From Tetramitus jugosus (lineage: Eukaryota > Protista > Heterolobosea), in assembly GCA_937625935.1 (NCBI GenBank), contig OW569354.1, forward strand, positions 372,001 to 436,000: DNA of 64,000 nucleotides, written 5' to 3'. The position numbers were made by a program, and so were the translations under genes. How positions within the stretch are numbered: position 1 is the first letter of the stretch; every line of letters begins with the position of its first letter. Below the pieces are notes generated by a model. The model was not told the origin of the DNA. It searched no databases and saw only the letters and a program-made list of their open reading frames with translations. Below are positions 47,594 to 59,254 of the stretch, one piece after another.

Positions 47594-47735
47594 AAAAAAA
47601 TCTTCGAGTCAATACAATGGAAGCTTTTTCACTACTACTCCGACACAGCCAAAAAAAAGCTTTTGGGCTTCGGATCACAAAAAACACAAAAGAAAAAAAA
47701 ATCAACATCATCAACATCTGAACAGAAGAAGAAAA

Positions 47736-50700
47736 ATGTTTGTCAAGCCAAGCATTGCACCCAAGGTCATACCTGGCCCACCAGTGTTCGACCCAAACAG
47801 CAGCAACGTTTTCAAGACAAGTTCCTCCTCTCACTCACCATCATCCTCTTCGTCATCGTCCATGTCTCTCTCATCGTCATCGTCATCATCATCGTCCATG
47901 TCACCTTCCTCCTCTGCAAGTTCCGTTCTCTCCAATATTCAATCCTTTGCTATTGGTGCAATTGCCTCTCAAACAGGATCCTCTTCAGGTGGCAGCTCCA
48001 GCAGCAGTGGAACGACTTCTGGTTCACTGTCTGCTGTTTTTTCGGAGAATGTCGGAAAATTTAAGAAATTCCCCGATCGGGCCCATTGGGGAATGAATAA
48101 CTTGATGGCGTACTGTACGCAGAATATTGTGGCAATAGCGGATCCTTCTTCGGTTCAGTTGATTTCATGTCTCACGGGTCATCAATCCGTGACAACTGCG
48201 GTCCAATGGTCCTCCAATTCAAAGACGAGAGGCACTGAGAGAGGCAACAGTACTCTGTTGGCGTCTGGTGATGAAGCAGGTCATATTTTCATATGGGATC
48301 TCAAGAAGGCCAAGAGAACATGTGTGTTTGATGAGGATGTGGGACACGTGAGCAAGAGAGCAATCGTTTCATTGAGATGGTTGTTCAATGATGATACAGT
48401 GTTCTTGTTATCATTGTCCAGTGGATCTGTTTTGTCATTGTGGAACTTGAACAATCGAACAAAGGTGTGGAAGTATGAGTTTAGTGAGCCAGTCAATTCG
48501 ATTTCATTGGATCCTTTTTCCAACTCTTGTGCTTCGTTCACATCGGAAACTGGATGGATCATCATGGTGAATGATTTGAACACGAGAAAGGCGCCTGAAA
48601 AGATTGAACAACGATTGAAAGTCGAGGCTACAAAGGACAAGAATGGCAATTTGGTGAGTTCGTTGAGAGATTTTGTGTACAGTCCACATGGTCGTAGTCA
48701 AATGTATTTATTATCGAGAAGAGATATTACAATGTACAATATGGATATTAGACAACCAATTGCCGGAAAGGTCATTCGAGGTGGAAAATCCGATTTCAGA
48801 AGATTGTTCACATGTGAGGAAGATCCGAATTTGTTGTACTCTTTGCAGGAAGATGGCACTGTTGCCGCATGGGATTACAATCTGGAGAAGAATCAATACG
48901 AGGCTATTATGTGTGATGTTGTGAGAGGTAGCAAGCACGGTGCTGATCGACCAGGATTACTGTATGGACTTGCAATTTCACCTGTTGACCACAAGAAGAT
49001 TTGTGCTGTGAGCGCTGATGGTAAGATGTGGGTCTGGGATTATATCCAGGAGAAAGGTGTTGACGGTAACAAGAAGGTGAGATGGGTGTTGACTGGCTTG
49101 TTAGAAACTACTTCATCTACAATCTCTAGCATGCAAGTATCACCATTCAATAATCAACTTGCTGTGGGTACCTCGAACGGTACACTATTGATTTACGATT
49201 TGTTGAACGGGGCAATGATCACAAAGCACGACATGTTTAATTTGCCTGTGGAAGGTGTTCGTTGGTTCTCCGAGACTGACGTCTTGTGCTTCTCCTCCAA
49301 GCGTATTTCACCAAAAGCTGTTGTCAATGAATTAGTAGCAGTTGATTTACTCACAGGCAAGCATCGCCAGTTGAGAACAGACAAGAAGAATGATCCATCA
49401 TGCATTAGAGCAATCAGAGTCTCTTACTCCATGAAATTCTTGATCGTGTTGGCACAAGATCGTCCAGTTGAAATCTATTCTCTCAAAACATTCTCATTGA
49501 TCAGATTATTACCATTTACTGCCATTACGGCCCTTGAATGGTCGCCTATCTCTTCGAAAAAGAAATCTGCTGATTCTGGCATAGATTTCTCTCAAGCTAC
49601 ATCCTCAGAGGACAATAGTGGAGCAGAAACTCAAAAGAAACCATCAAAAGAAAGATTCTTCTTCACAACATCTGATGGCTCAATTCATTTTTACAGGATG
49701 GAAGATGATAAGGTCGTTGCTGAATCTCAGAAGCCAAACTTCTTTGCCTACAATCAAGTCTCTGCCTTGGCCTGGAGAGATGACTTCTTGGTCAGCGGTG
49801 ACTCAGTAGGTAGTATTAACTACTGGGATATGGTGAATAAGAAAACAAAGACCATTAGCACGCACAGAGGAGTTGTACGAAAAATTACGTTTGCACCTGA
49901 CTCCAATCACATTCTCGTCCATTTTAATGAAGGTGATTTTGCGGTGTGGGACCTTGAGAGTGGAGCAAAGGTTGGTCACTCGCCTTCGAATGTGAAAGCA
50001 GCATGTGCTGATTGGGCAGCGGGTAATCATCCAATTATTGCCAACAACGCTGGTACTATTATGATTTGGGACATGAATCTTTCCTCAACAAACTCTAGTG
50101 CCATTTTCAACTCACTATTGGAACCAATGTTCTCCCCTGCACTTTTGCCAGTGAACAACGCTCAATACTTGAGATCATTAATGGAGAATGGCCTTTTGAC
50201 TGGTGTTGAAACTTGTGAAGCTCCTCCTGGTCTAACAGTGACTAGAAACGCGTTTGGAGAATACATTCCACCTGATTGCCGCGACAGACCACTCACAGAA
50301 CAGATTCTTGTTCATATGCAGTTGATACCAGACGACTTATTGGCACGACTTAAGAGCGTAGAAACGAACACTGCCGAAAGGTGTTATCTGGCTGCTCAAT
50401 ACTTTGGTGATCGAATCGGTATGCAATTCTGGAGGATGGCCAAAGAATATCTAACAAATTACAATGGCCAGCACGGTGAAAACAAGACTCAACAAGAAGC
50501 AAAGAATCAAGAGACTTCTGTAGAGTCACAAGAAGGCAACTCTAATGAGGAAACCCCTAACATCCTGAGTGCTTCATATCCAAACGATTTATCACCAAAC
50601 TTGAGAAAGAGTGCTCTCCCAACGGTGTATGATCTACTGCGCGATAATGACTCCGTGCGTTACGATGAACTGTCTACCTTGAAAATGCATGATGAAACAG

Positions 50701-51680
50701 TGAGAGCCAATGTACCTAAGGGAACTGCCTCTTTGTTCTCCCGAGTTGCACAGGAAGAAGCCACTTTGAATCAGAAAGATCAAGCAATTAAATTGCTGTT
50801 GGAAACACCAGGTGAACACAAGGATATTTATATGAATTACATGCATGCCTGTGTGATTGCTGCAGCAAGCTCCGCTGGAGACCAACTACAATTCCGTCAG
50901 ACAATGCAATTTGTTGCCTCAAATCTTATTTCACGACGTAATGAAAGTGATTTGGACTTTGGTGTGGAGCTGTTGTGCTTGATTGGTGAAGGTTTCAAGG
51001 CATGTAAACTGTTGCAAGATTTTGAAAGATGGGAGAAGGCAGCACGACTTGCCAAGTGTATTCTTCCAGAAGAACAGAGTCGAGAGATTTTGACCAGATG
51101 GGCTGATTATCTAACCTCTAATAATCAACTCATGAAAGCAATTGGTATTTATATGTCTTTGGGCTTATTCAAGGAAGTGATTGATCTGTTACACAAATCA
51201 GAGTTGGATGATATTGGTGCTCTGTTCGCCAAGGCATGCCTGGAAACAGGATTCGATATTCCAACACTTCACAAAAAGACAATTTTGCGTGTGACTATGC
51301 CCACTGATCTATCCAGTCCATCATACTCCAGTTCGAAAGATCATGATGACTACGAGACATCATGCAAGAAGCTATTGTATTTTATTTATCAACAGTACGG
51401 AACATTTTTGCAAAAGATTGGAAACGAGAGTTTGGCTCAATACTACATGACATCATTGATCACAGCAGAGGAATGTGGTTTCACGAAGAAGGAAGAAGAA
51501 CAAGAAGCACCAGTTCAACCAACCGAACAACTTGACGAAGAGATTGGTTACTCAACTGGAGTTGAGGCAACTAACCAAGAAGAGACTGAAGATTTTGTCT
51601 ACGTCCAAACAGCCAGCAACAACGACTTGCTCAATTTTAGTGATGTAACAAACAATCAAGATCTATTAGACCTGGAGTAA
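47736..51680 (+). CDS. WDR11: WD repeat-containing protein 11-like
   Basis: HWG.NNLMAY start, two WD40 propellers and a C-terminal helical region (AIKLLLET...Y..ACVIA, GVELLCLIG...AC..LQ....WE.AARLAK) characteristic of WDR11. First ATG at 47736. Confidence 0.85.
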   Translation: MFVKPSIAPKVIPGPPVFDPNSSNVFKTSSSSHSPSSSSSSSMSLSSSSSSSSSMSPSSSASSVLSNIQSFAIGAIASQTGSSSGGSSSSSGTTSGSLSAVFSENVGKFKKFPDRAHWGMNNLMAYCTQNIVAIADPSSVQLISCLTGHQSVTTAVQWSSNSKTRGTERGNSTLLASGDEAGHIFIWDLKKAKRTCVFDEDVGHVSKRAIVSLRWLFNDDTVFLLSLSSGSVLSLWNLNNRTKVWKYEFSEPVNSISLDPFSNSCASFTSETGWIIMVNDLNTRKAPEKIEQRLKVEATKDKNGNLVSSLRDFVYSPHGRSQMYLLSRRDITMYNMDIRQPIAGKVIRGGKSDFRRLFTCEEDPNLLYSLQEDGTVAAWDYNLEKNQYEAIMCDVVRGSKHGADRPGLLYGLAISPVDHKKICAVSADGKMWVWDYIQEKGVDGNKKVRWVLTGLLETTSSTISSMQVSPFNNQLAVGTSNGTLLIYDLLNGAMITKHDMFNLPVEGVRWFSETDVLCFSSKRISPKAVVNELVAVDLLTGKHRQLRTDKKNDPSCIRAIRVSYSMKFLIVLAQDRPVEIYSLKTFSLIRLLPFTAITALEWSPISSKKKSADSGIDFSQATSSEDNSGAETQKKPSKERFFFTTSDGSIHFYRMEDDKVVAESQKPNFFAYNQVSALAWRDDFLVSGDSVGSINYWDMVNKKTKTISTHRGVVRKITFAPDSNHILVHFNEGDFAVWDLESGAKVGHSPSNVKAACADWAAGNHPIIANNAGTIMIWDMNLSSTNSSAIFNSLLEPMFSPALLPVNNAQYLRSLMENGLLTGVETCEAPPGLTVTRNAFGEYIPPDCRDRPLTEQILVHMQLIPDDLLARLKSVETNTAERCYLAAQYFGDRIGMQFWRMAKEYLTNYNGQHGENKTQQEAKNQETSVESQEGNSNEETPNILSASYPNDLSPNLRKSALPTVYDLLRDNDSVRYDELSTLKMHDETVRANVPKGTASLFSRVAQEEATLNQKDQAIKLLLETPGEHKDIYMNYMHACVIAAASSAGDQLQFRQTMQFVASNLISRRNESDLDFGVELLCLIGEGFKACKLLQDFERWEKAARLAKCILPEEQSREILTRWADYLTSNNQLMKAIGIYMSLGLFKEVIDLLHKSELDDIGALFAKACLETGFDIPTLHKKTILRVTMPTDLSSPSYSSSKDHDDYETSCKKLLYFIYQQYGTFLQKIGNESLAQYYMTSLITAEECGFTKKEEEQEAPVQPTEQLDEEIGYSTGVEATNQEETEDFVYVQTASNNDLLNFSDVTNNQDLLDLE

Positions 51681-52180
51681 ATAAAATTATCGTGTGTTTA
51701 TTTCCTTTCGAGGAGTGTTTCGCAATTATCGTTGGTGTTCCATAGAACGTACCTCGATACAAAGTGCAACACAACTATTTTGTACCATAAATCTTGTGTG
51801 GAGACAGAAAGCTTTACAAAAGGGATTTTGCACCAACTCAAGAACAGTGATACAATGATGTTAAAGTTCAAGATGTCATACCGAGTGTGAAACTCATGGG
51901 TATCCTTTCGGCAATTGTCCCTCAACTATTATTATCGGGTTTGTTTCCTGTTCTCTCTGGAGAATTCTGTTTACAGGTGGCATTCTGGTGTGATTTTCAA
52001 GAGGTTCATGTGAACATTTGTTTCTCTCTCCATAATCGATTCATTTCCCTTTGTTGTTTATTGTACGTTTGTTCAAAGTTAGGGTAGTTTGTTGATGCAG
52101 AAAAACCTGAACCGAGGATAGCACCTGTTAAGGTTACCTTCAGGTTTGGAGATGGAAAAGACAATAATTGCTCCTGCTGT

Positions 52181-52879
52181 CTAAGTACTGACAGAGAGTG
52201 TTTGTCTCTTTCTGTTGACCTCTCCTCTTGGAGATTCATCGCTTGTGTTTGTGACATTGTCCATTCGCAAGAATCTTCTCTGTTTCTTGAGAATTCCCTT
52301 GGATCCATGTTGATTCTGAGATAATGCTTCACTCTTTGGCACGTATCGAAGGAACTTGAAGTTTGAAGACTCCCTTCCGTTGATTGAGGACACTCTCTGT
52401 GATGTGGCTAGAAGTTGCTGTTCTTGTAGATTCATCGAGAAGAGGCAAGTCAGGGTTTGGACAGTGTTTGGGCACAACTCTTTCTCGTTTTTTGGCTCAA
52501 CTTCATTAACCAAATGCCAAACGCTTCTTCTCCTTTTGTCTAGTGTCGACTGGAAGGGCCATCGACCCATTTTCAATTGGTAGAATCTTCTCTTTAGCGT
52601 CGACAAGGAAACACCCAACTTTTGAGCTGCCAAGCGTTGTGGACAGTGAAAGTACTTTTCCATGTCAGACCTTGAGAGTTGGATGGTGTTGCGGAAGGAT
52701 GTTGGCTTGGAAGGATCAATGGCACGAGAACAAGAAGCTTTAGTTTCACATCCAGACCGAGTGAGATGAATCTGTGAGCAATTCTTTTCCGCAGATCTGA
52801 ACTGTGGTTCGTAGGTTGGTTGTGGCTGAACCAAAATGTCAGTGACTTCAACGCTATACAGAAGGATGGATTCGCTCAT
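52181..52879 (-). CDS. RWP-RK domain transcription factor
   Basis: LSRSDMEKYFHCPQRLAAQKLGVSLSTLKRRFYQLKMGRWPF. First ATG at 52879. Confidence 0.88.
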   Translation of the reverse strand: MSESILLYSVEVTDILVQPQPTYEPQFRSAEKNCSQIHLTRSGCETKASCSRAIDPSKPTSFRNTIQLSRSDMEKYFHCPQRLAAQKLGVSLSTLKRRFYQLKMGRWPFQSTLDKRRRSVWHLVNEVEPKNEKELCPNTVQTLTCLFSMNLQEQQLLATSQRVSSINGRESSNFKFLRYVPKSEALSQNQHGSKGILKKQRRFLRMDNVTNTSDESPRGEVNRKRQTLSVST

Positions 52880-54047
52880 GATGACCAGAGTACTCGATTG
52901 TTTCAAAGAAGTTTATGCAGTTTAATAGTCTGTTTTCTCGTTAAAAGATCTGTTGATAATTGGTATAACACCCATCATGTCATTAAGGGGTTAACATCGG
53001 ACATGCCATTAACATTTGACCTACAAGAAGCGACATCTCTTTTAAGTATTTCATCGCGTCAAGGTTCCTTCATTGTTCATACTTATCCTAATAGGGAAGA
53101 AAACGCAATATCCTTCGTTGAGACAGGAAGTGTTTGTTGATGATCGGTGACTCGCCATCATTCAACTACAATGCGGAACTCGAGTTGGCCAAAATAAGAA
53201 ATGTTTGCAATTACTTCACCAAAAAAATAGCGAAACTGTCAAACCCTTGACAGGCCACAGGACAATTTCTCCAAGGGGTGACCGTCACTGAGCGTTAATC
53301 CTTGAAATCATTCAATCTTCCGGCTTGGGAGTGGCAATAATCTCGGATTTTACTCGAGGTATCGTGTGGTTTGTTGATACAACAATGCAAACATTGATGG
53401 TTGAGGTTTAGCGTATTGGAACTGAAGTTCGAAACACAACCAACTAGCCAAGGTCAACCCTTGCATCAGATTCGAACTCAGGATATATGTCCTATGAGAG
53501 TGCCGTTTTGGTATTCTATACTCCTTTGGGATGATGGAGAAAATGGAATGAGTATTAGTCCATCTTCCAAGAGAGCTTGGATAGGAACACGTAAAATGTA
53601 CCTGCCCCAAATGGTATGCTATGGGTGCAAACATTACTGACTACCATTCGGAACAACTCCAACGCACGTTCACTCATTTCAAACTCTTTCAAGGTGGCAT
53701 GTATACTTTCAAATGGGTGGCCAGTGATCGAAGAAATGTATTTTACAAAAAAATGCTCAAAGGAAGTGACATTTTGTTATGGCGGTAAAAAAGATGTCAC
53801 ATAAAAGAAGTAGGATACCAATAATCTTGGTGGAGATCGGTGGCTCCCACAAGAAAGAACACGGTTTTTAAACAACTCAGATTTTGTTTTCTTCGCTGCA
53901 ACTTCTTCTCTGACTCAACTGGCAGTCATGAAAATACTGTTGTTTCCTCATTTGAAGCTCTACAATGTTCGATTGTATTTGAAAAAAATTCTAGTTGATA
54001 AAGCCCTCCATTGGTTCAAGTATTGGCCAAACTAATTGCACTGTGTA

Positions 54048-55026
54048 TTAGGCGTACTGAATGGTTGTCACAATTCCATTTTCATGACGATCCTCGTTCA
54101 CTTGCACGCAAAAGTATATTCGGGCATCAGGATTTGCGAATATTCCATCGTATGACCTTTGTTCATCTTCGACACCATTGAGCAAGCAAGTAAAACGTCC
54201 ATAAGGTTTCTTCCAATTTGATTCCTTTGCCTCTTCATATTCATGTTCTGCATCCACAATAAATGTTATCACATCACCCGAGTAGAACTAGTCGGTCCAT
54301 CTGTCAATCTTGTTCCTGTAAAAGTAACCGTTGTTGGCATACGCAATATTCTCCCCCGGTTGAAACACTCCCAGGTACACATTTCCGTGTTTGTTACCTG
54401 CGTATAAATCGCGTAGAATGCTCTCTTCGATAATACCCAACAGCACCCAGCTGGAGCAGAATGAGGGAACAGTGTCTACTTTTGATTCATTGTCGAGGCA
54501 CATTTGAACCTTGAGATCAATCCTTGTCCAGCCTCTTGTGTTAATAGGTCGCATCGTGTTCGCAGTTCTAAAAATTCTACGAGTGGACTGGTTTTCAACG
54601 AATCGAAGCACACGTCCAGTGCTCTCATCAATGATTGGGCCCAGTGGATTCATAACCTTGATGCCCTCGGAATCAACAAAGCACGGACTCCATCTGTGAT
54701 GTCTCGTCATCTGTACATTGTACTTCCATGTCTCATGAGGAAACATTTTGTCCCTTGGCGTTTGTTGTTGTGTCATCTTTTCACTCAAGTGATCAGCTTC
54801 AGCATTGACAGACAACTTGGACAATGATTCTACAATAGAATCAGCATCTTTCTTGGTAGGTACGATCGGAGGTGCAGCCAATGAGATACACGAGACGCCA
54901 TTGTGTTTCAGAGTCAGCAATCTGGTTCAGGTAACGGTTGGCAAGGAGAACACTGGGAAGATGTTCAATTTGCAGGAAGAGAAAAATTTCTCTCAGTACG
55001 TCATCTGATAGAATTTCGATCTGCAT
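54048..55026 (-). pseudogene. F-box + SPRY/B30.2 gene disrupted by a frame change (~54830-54863) and an in-frame TAG (54288-54290)
   Basis: F-box LSDDVLREIFLFL...NRYLNQIA in ORF 54841-55026. SPRY motifs WVLLGII, IAY.NNG, FYSGDVITFIVD and FTCLLNG continue in one frame across a TAG. Confidence 0.7.
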
Positions 55027-55324
55027 CTGGAGTCAACTTGTTTTTTGGATTGTTCAGATTGTTTTGTTCCTGGACATGGAAAAAACTCACGAGAATACAA
55101 AGATTTGGATTGGCAGGATCATTAATTTCACTGTTGAAAATCTTTTGTTCATCCATGAAGACCCAACCATTGTGATAGTGGCAACAACTGTTGAATGGAA
55201 AAAAACATAAAGACAAAGCCAAATGGTCCATCATGGAACGCGATTTTTTTGTTGATCTACGACAGATGCATCGGTGAAATAACTCAATCCAAAATCGACA
55301 AAGAGGATGTTCATAGACAGTAGA

Positions 55325-57134
55325 ATGACCAAGAATGATCAAGAAGGAAATCTGGGTAATTTTGTGTATACTGTAATTAATGATAGGTTGATTCGTGAGT
55401 GTATAAAGCTAAAGAAAGTGGATGATGACTTGTTCCACGATGACAAGAAACTACCAACGAATGATATCAAGAGAGAAAAGATGGAGTTTACGGATATTGA
55501 ATATTTGAAGTTCTCAGCAAGAGGTACGTATTTGATTCTTGTTGCATGATAATTCCCTGTTTAATGCTCACAACCTTACTCTATCGATGATAGAAATTTA
55601 TCGAATCTCGAACTTGGAAGGCTTCTTCTACTTAAAAATCCTACAATTGGACAACAACAAGATTGTGAAGATAGAAAACTTGGGTCACTTGAAGAGTTTA
55701 GAGAGATTGGATTTGTCTTACAACATGATTGAGAAGATTGAAAATTTAGAAGGTTTAATCAACTTGAAAGACTTGTCCTTGTTCAACAACAAGATTCAAA
55801 AAATTGAAAATTTGAATGATCAAATCAACTTGGAGAGCTTATCGATTGCCAAGAATCATATTAATGATAAGGAAAGTCTCAAATATTTGAGAGACTTTGA
55901 CAAGTTAAACATGATCACAATTTTTGACAATCCTGTTTGTGAGCAAAAATATATCAAGTAAGTAGTTTAGCATTAGGGTTTCTATGTTTAGGTACGTAAA
56001 ACTAATAGATTTCAATGAAGGCCTTTCATTATCGCCTACTTGAAGAATTTAAAGTTCCTTGATTATCGTCTCATTCAACCTAATGAGCTGAAAGATGCTC
56101 TCGACCGTTACAATGGAGAGCTTCAAGAATTGGATGATCGAGAGAAACAACACAATCAAATTTCGAGTTTGGATGAAAAGAAGATGAAAGAGAAAGCAGA
56201 ATTGAAGGTAAGAAAGGATCTGTACTAGTGTCTTCTAAGAATGACAATGAAGAACAATTACTCTAACAAATTGTAATAGTGGGCTAATGTCCAAGGAATA
56301 GACACCCTGTTTGAAGATATTTTCAACGCAGATGAAGAATACAAGAACATCAAGTTGTTTGACTATTGTTTAGGAGAGTTCTTTGAAAAGTACCGCAAGA
56401 CATTCGCCGAAACTGTAGATGAGTTCCGAAATACTATGATATCAGTCATGAATAAGAAGGTCAACGAACAAGAAGAGCTAGAGTCTACAATGAATGAATC
56501 AATGAATGAAACTGATATGTTATCGAAACAATGGATCAAAGAATTTGAGAAGAAGAAGAAGAGGATCTTTGAACAATTGAATGATCCCATGGCTGAAAAC
56601 GAAGATGAACTCTATGATTCTTTTGAAAACTTGAAACACGAGCTGAATGAACTATCAGATAAGCTAGTGGAGATTGAAGTCAATCAAACTGAAGGGTTTG
56701 CTGATATTATTGATGAATTCTTGCAAAATTTCAAAGAAATGGATGCTTCGACTGTTATTCAGACATATATTAAAAAACTGAAGAACTTGGAAGATACTTA
56801 CAGTAGTGAAATTAAGCAACGATTAATACAGGAAGCCGATATGAAACCTGAGGGAGATGTACCGGACAAAATCAAAGAATTTTTGGAGGACAAAGATATT
56901 ATCTCACGGGCATTGCAAGCAAGTACCGATGTGCACAAAGAAGTGATCGATCGAAAAGAGGAGGAACTGATGAAGGAAGAGAAGAAACGAATGGACGGAA
57001 CACAGATTAAAGTAAAGGAGGATGAACACCTCAGGAACAGAAGCCGAATATCTGAAATATGGACTTTTGCTCACAAAATTGAACAGGAATTGAATGAAGA
57101 GAGAGAAATGATGGACCTGGTTGACAGTATGTAG
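55325..57134 (+). CDS. DRC3: Dynein regulatory complex subunit 3 (LRRC48/DRC3), 4 exons (introns 55524-55593, 55958-56020, 56208-56279)
   Basis: VINDRLI, SDS22-like LRRs (LQLDNNKIVKIENL, LDLSYNMIEKIENL, LSLFNNKI), LKFLDYRLI, coiled coil and RNRSRISEI. All three GT-AG introns restore the frame. Confidence 0.88.
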
Positions 57135-57469
57135 TCGCGCTCCGACGAATCATGCTTATTTTCTTCTTGGATGCAAGGACCCCCAAGACCCCTTACAGCC
57201 AGGCACTGAAGAAGAAAAGGGAAGAACGGCAGATGATTCGCGAGACACATGGAACGAAACCCCACTAATTTGTTCTGTCCCATCTCCGCCCCTGCTGTCA
57301 CACATCTAAGCAAGAAGAACATCTCCTTTTGGGTGCCGAGAACAAAACCGATCTCGCTTCTTTAACTTTGAAAAACCAGTATGGTAATTTCAATGAGGAA
57401 CAGCCCAACAACGATCGAAAATTCAAGAAAGAAAAAGTTCCCAATCGATTTCATCCCACACCAGCACCA

Positions 57470-59254
57470 ATGGAAGACTATGAACCACTTTTGTTGTCCT
57501 TGTCTGACACCCTTTATGAAACAGCAAGTGCCGCTGCTGTCCAAATGATAAACAATGACACGTTGAACAACACCATTAGCAAGACCAAAGTGGCCACTGC
57601 AGCCCTTATTATACCCACCAGAGCAGTGTTCATCGTGGCCTCCTTTGTTTTGTTTCTGATTTGTTTTTTGCTGAGAAATAGGCAACCCATCAAATCTAGA
57701 TCTTTGCTGCCCTTCTTGGTCCTCATCATGTGCATCGGTTCGAGCTTTGGTCACATTGAAGATGCCATTCCTGCAGACTACTTTTTCAAGAGTGCACGAA
57801 AGTTGAGTCTCTACCGGATGATCTGCTGTTACTTGAGAATTTTTATCGTCTATCCCACGTTTATTCTGGCAATTGTGTCATACATGTTGGTCCTTGCACG
57901 TTATTTTTTACTGAATTCAATCATGAAGATGAAGGAAGCTTTGGCTTTGAAATTGAGAGGATCTGGTGCTGATGATTCAAATGATATGACAGATTTGGAT
58001 TTTGATATGGAAGATACGGAGATGGATGATGCTGTAAAGGAAATGTCCAGTTCAACGCAAGAGGTTGATAACTCTACAAACATGAAAAATCGGCGCAGCG
58101 TTGCCAACATTCAAACACTGGTTCACACTCTATCTGATATGGAGTCCAGTATGGCAACGAGTGAGTACAACAACAACAATACCATTAAGAATAATGCTAC
58201 GACTGCTACCAACAACGATACAAATGTGGTTTCAACTTCTGAGACAAAAAGCAAACATCTTGAAATCTCAAGGTTGTTGGCCATTTTTGAATTCTTGGTG
58301 AGCAAAAAGATGATTGCTCTGGTTGTTATTGTCAGTCTCGCTATTTGGTATATCATTGCATTGATAGTCATAGGAGTAACAACCCAATTCAAGTGTGTCA
58401 ACTCCATTTCGCTTCTATCATTGCTGCTCTCTGTGGTATTCATGATTGCTATGATCGTATTTCCAATTGTCCTTGGCATCGATGTCATTGTCAACTTTAA
58501 ACTGATTGCTAGCAGATGCGGAGTGTTCCAATACCTCTTATTCTCTGATCCATTGTTCTTCCGGTTAGAAATGTGGTTGATTGCAGTAACTGCTTTGCCA
58601 TCATTGCTTATCGAAGTCATAGCGACTACTATAGTGGGAAAGCAAAGTAATCCGGAGGCAAAGCTTTTGACCTCTGTTACTATCAGAACTTTCCTATTTG
58701 ATTTGTTCTGCATGTTAATAATTGTCCCTGGTATAGCTATGGTTCTATCCATTCGAAATTGGATTCTGGAAGTGAAACAACGAAAGTTTATTGCCAATCA
58801 ACAGGATGAGAAACCATCATCACCGTCATCGGTTGACCTGAAGGTTTATAATCCGTCAGATGCTACAATTCTTTTCATCATTAAGAACAAGAAAACGTGT
58901 ACACTATTCAGAGAATATCTGAGAAGAGAGTTAAGTTTGGAAAATCTAATGTTCGTTGAAGATGTGCACAAGTACAAGAAGATAGGAAAACGGAAGCATA
59001 AGAAGCGATATGAAAAAGCCAAAATCATTGCCAATTTATACTTGAGGATATCATCAAAGTTAGAGGTGAATGTAACGGAGAAGGAAAAGATTTCGTGTCT
59101 GGCTATCATTGAACAGTATGACCCAGCAAACAAAACAGAGCTAAGCAATGCACTCTTCCAAGAAGTTCAGACCTCCGTGATTAGGAACTTGATTGACAGT
59201 TACAGTCGCTTCTTCCACTCTTCAAATTTTCAAGAGCTAGTCGCTACCTTATAA
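57470..59254 (+). CDS. 7TM-RGS protein (multi-TM receptor fused to RGS domain)
   Basis: RNRQPIKSRS after TM1, about 7 hydrophobic segments and a C-terminal RGS (FREYLRRELSLENLMF, LEVNV, NLIDSYSRF). First ATG at 57470. Confidence 0.9.
   Translation: MEDYEPLLLSLSDTLYETASAAAVQMINNDTLNNTISKTKVATAALIIPTRAVFIVASFVLFLICFLLRNRQPIKSRSLLPFLVLIMCIGSSFGHIEDAIPADYFFKSARKLSLYRMICCYLRIFIVYPTFILAIVSYMLVLARYFLLNSIMKMKEALALKLRGSGADDSNDMTDLDFDMEDTEMDDAVKEMSSSTQEVDNSTNMKNRRSVANIQTLVHTLSDMESSMATSEYNNNNTIKNNATTATNNDTNVVSTSETKSKHLEISRLLAIFEFLVSKKMIALVVIVSLAIWYIIALIVIGVTTQFKCVNSISLLSLLLSVVFMIAMIVFPIVLGIDVIVNFKLIASRCGVFQYLLFSDPLFFRLEMWLIAVTALPSLLIEVIATTIVGKQSNPEAKLLTSVTIRTFLFDLFCMLIIVPGIAMVLSIRNWILEVKQRKFIANQQDEKPSSPSSVDLKVYNPSDATILFIIKNKKTCTLFREYLRRELSLENLMFVEDVHKYKKIGKRKHKKRYEKAKIIANLYLRISSKLEVNVTEKEKISCLAIIEQYDPANKTELSNALFQEVQTSVIRNLIDSYSRFFHSSNFQELVATL

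Noticed and set aside
47568-47735. Apparent overlap of the WDR11 ORF with the WDR33 end
   Set aside because: The extension starts at a non-ATG codon and crosses an A-rich spacer; the first ATG is 47736.
54288-54290. Stop-codon reassignment or pyrrolysine as the explanation for the in-frame TAG
   Set aside because: TAG terminates other genes here (34223, 57134) and no other long gene contains an internal TAG. A 55-nt intron ending at this TAG would break the frame.
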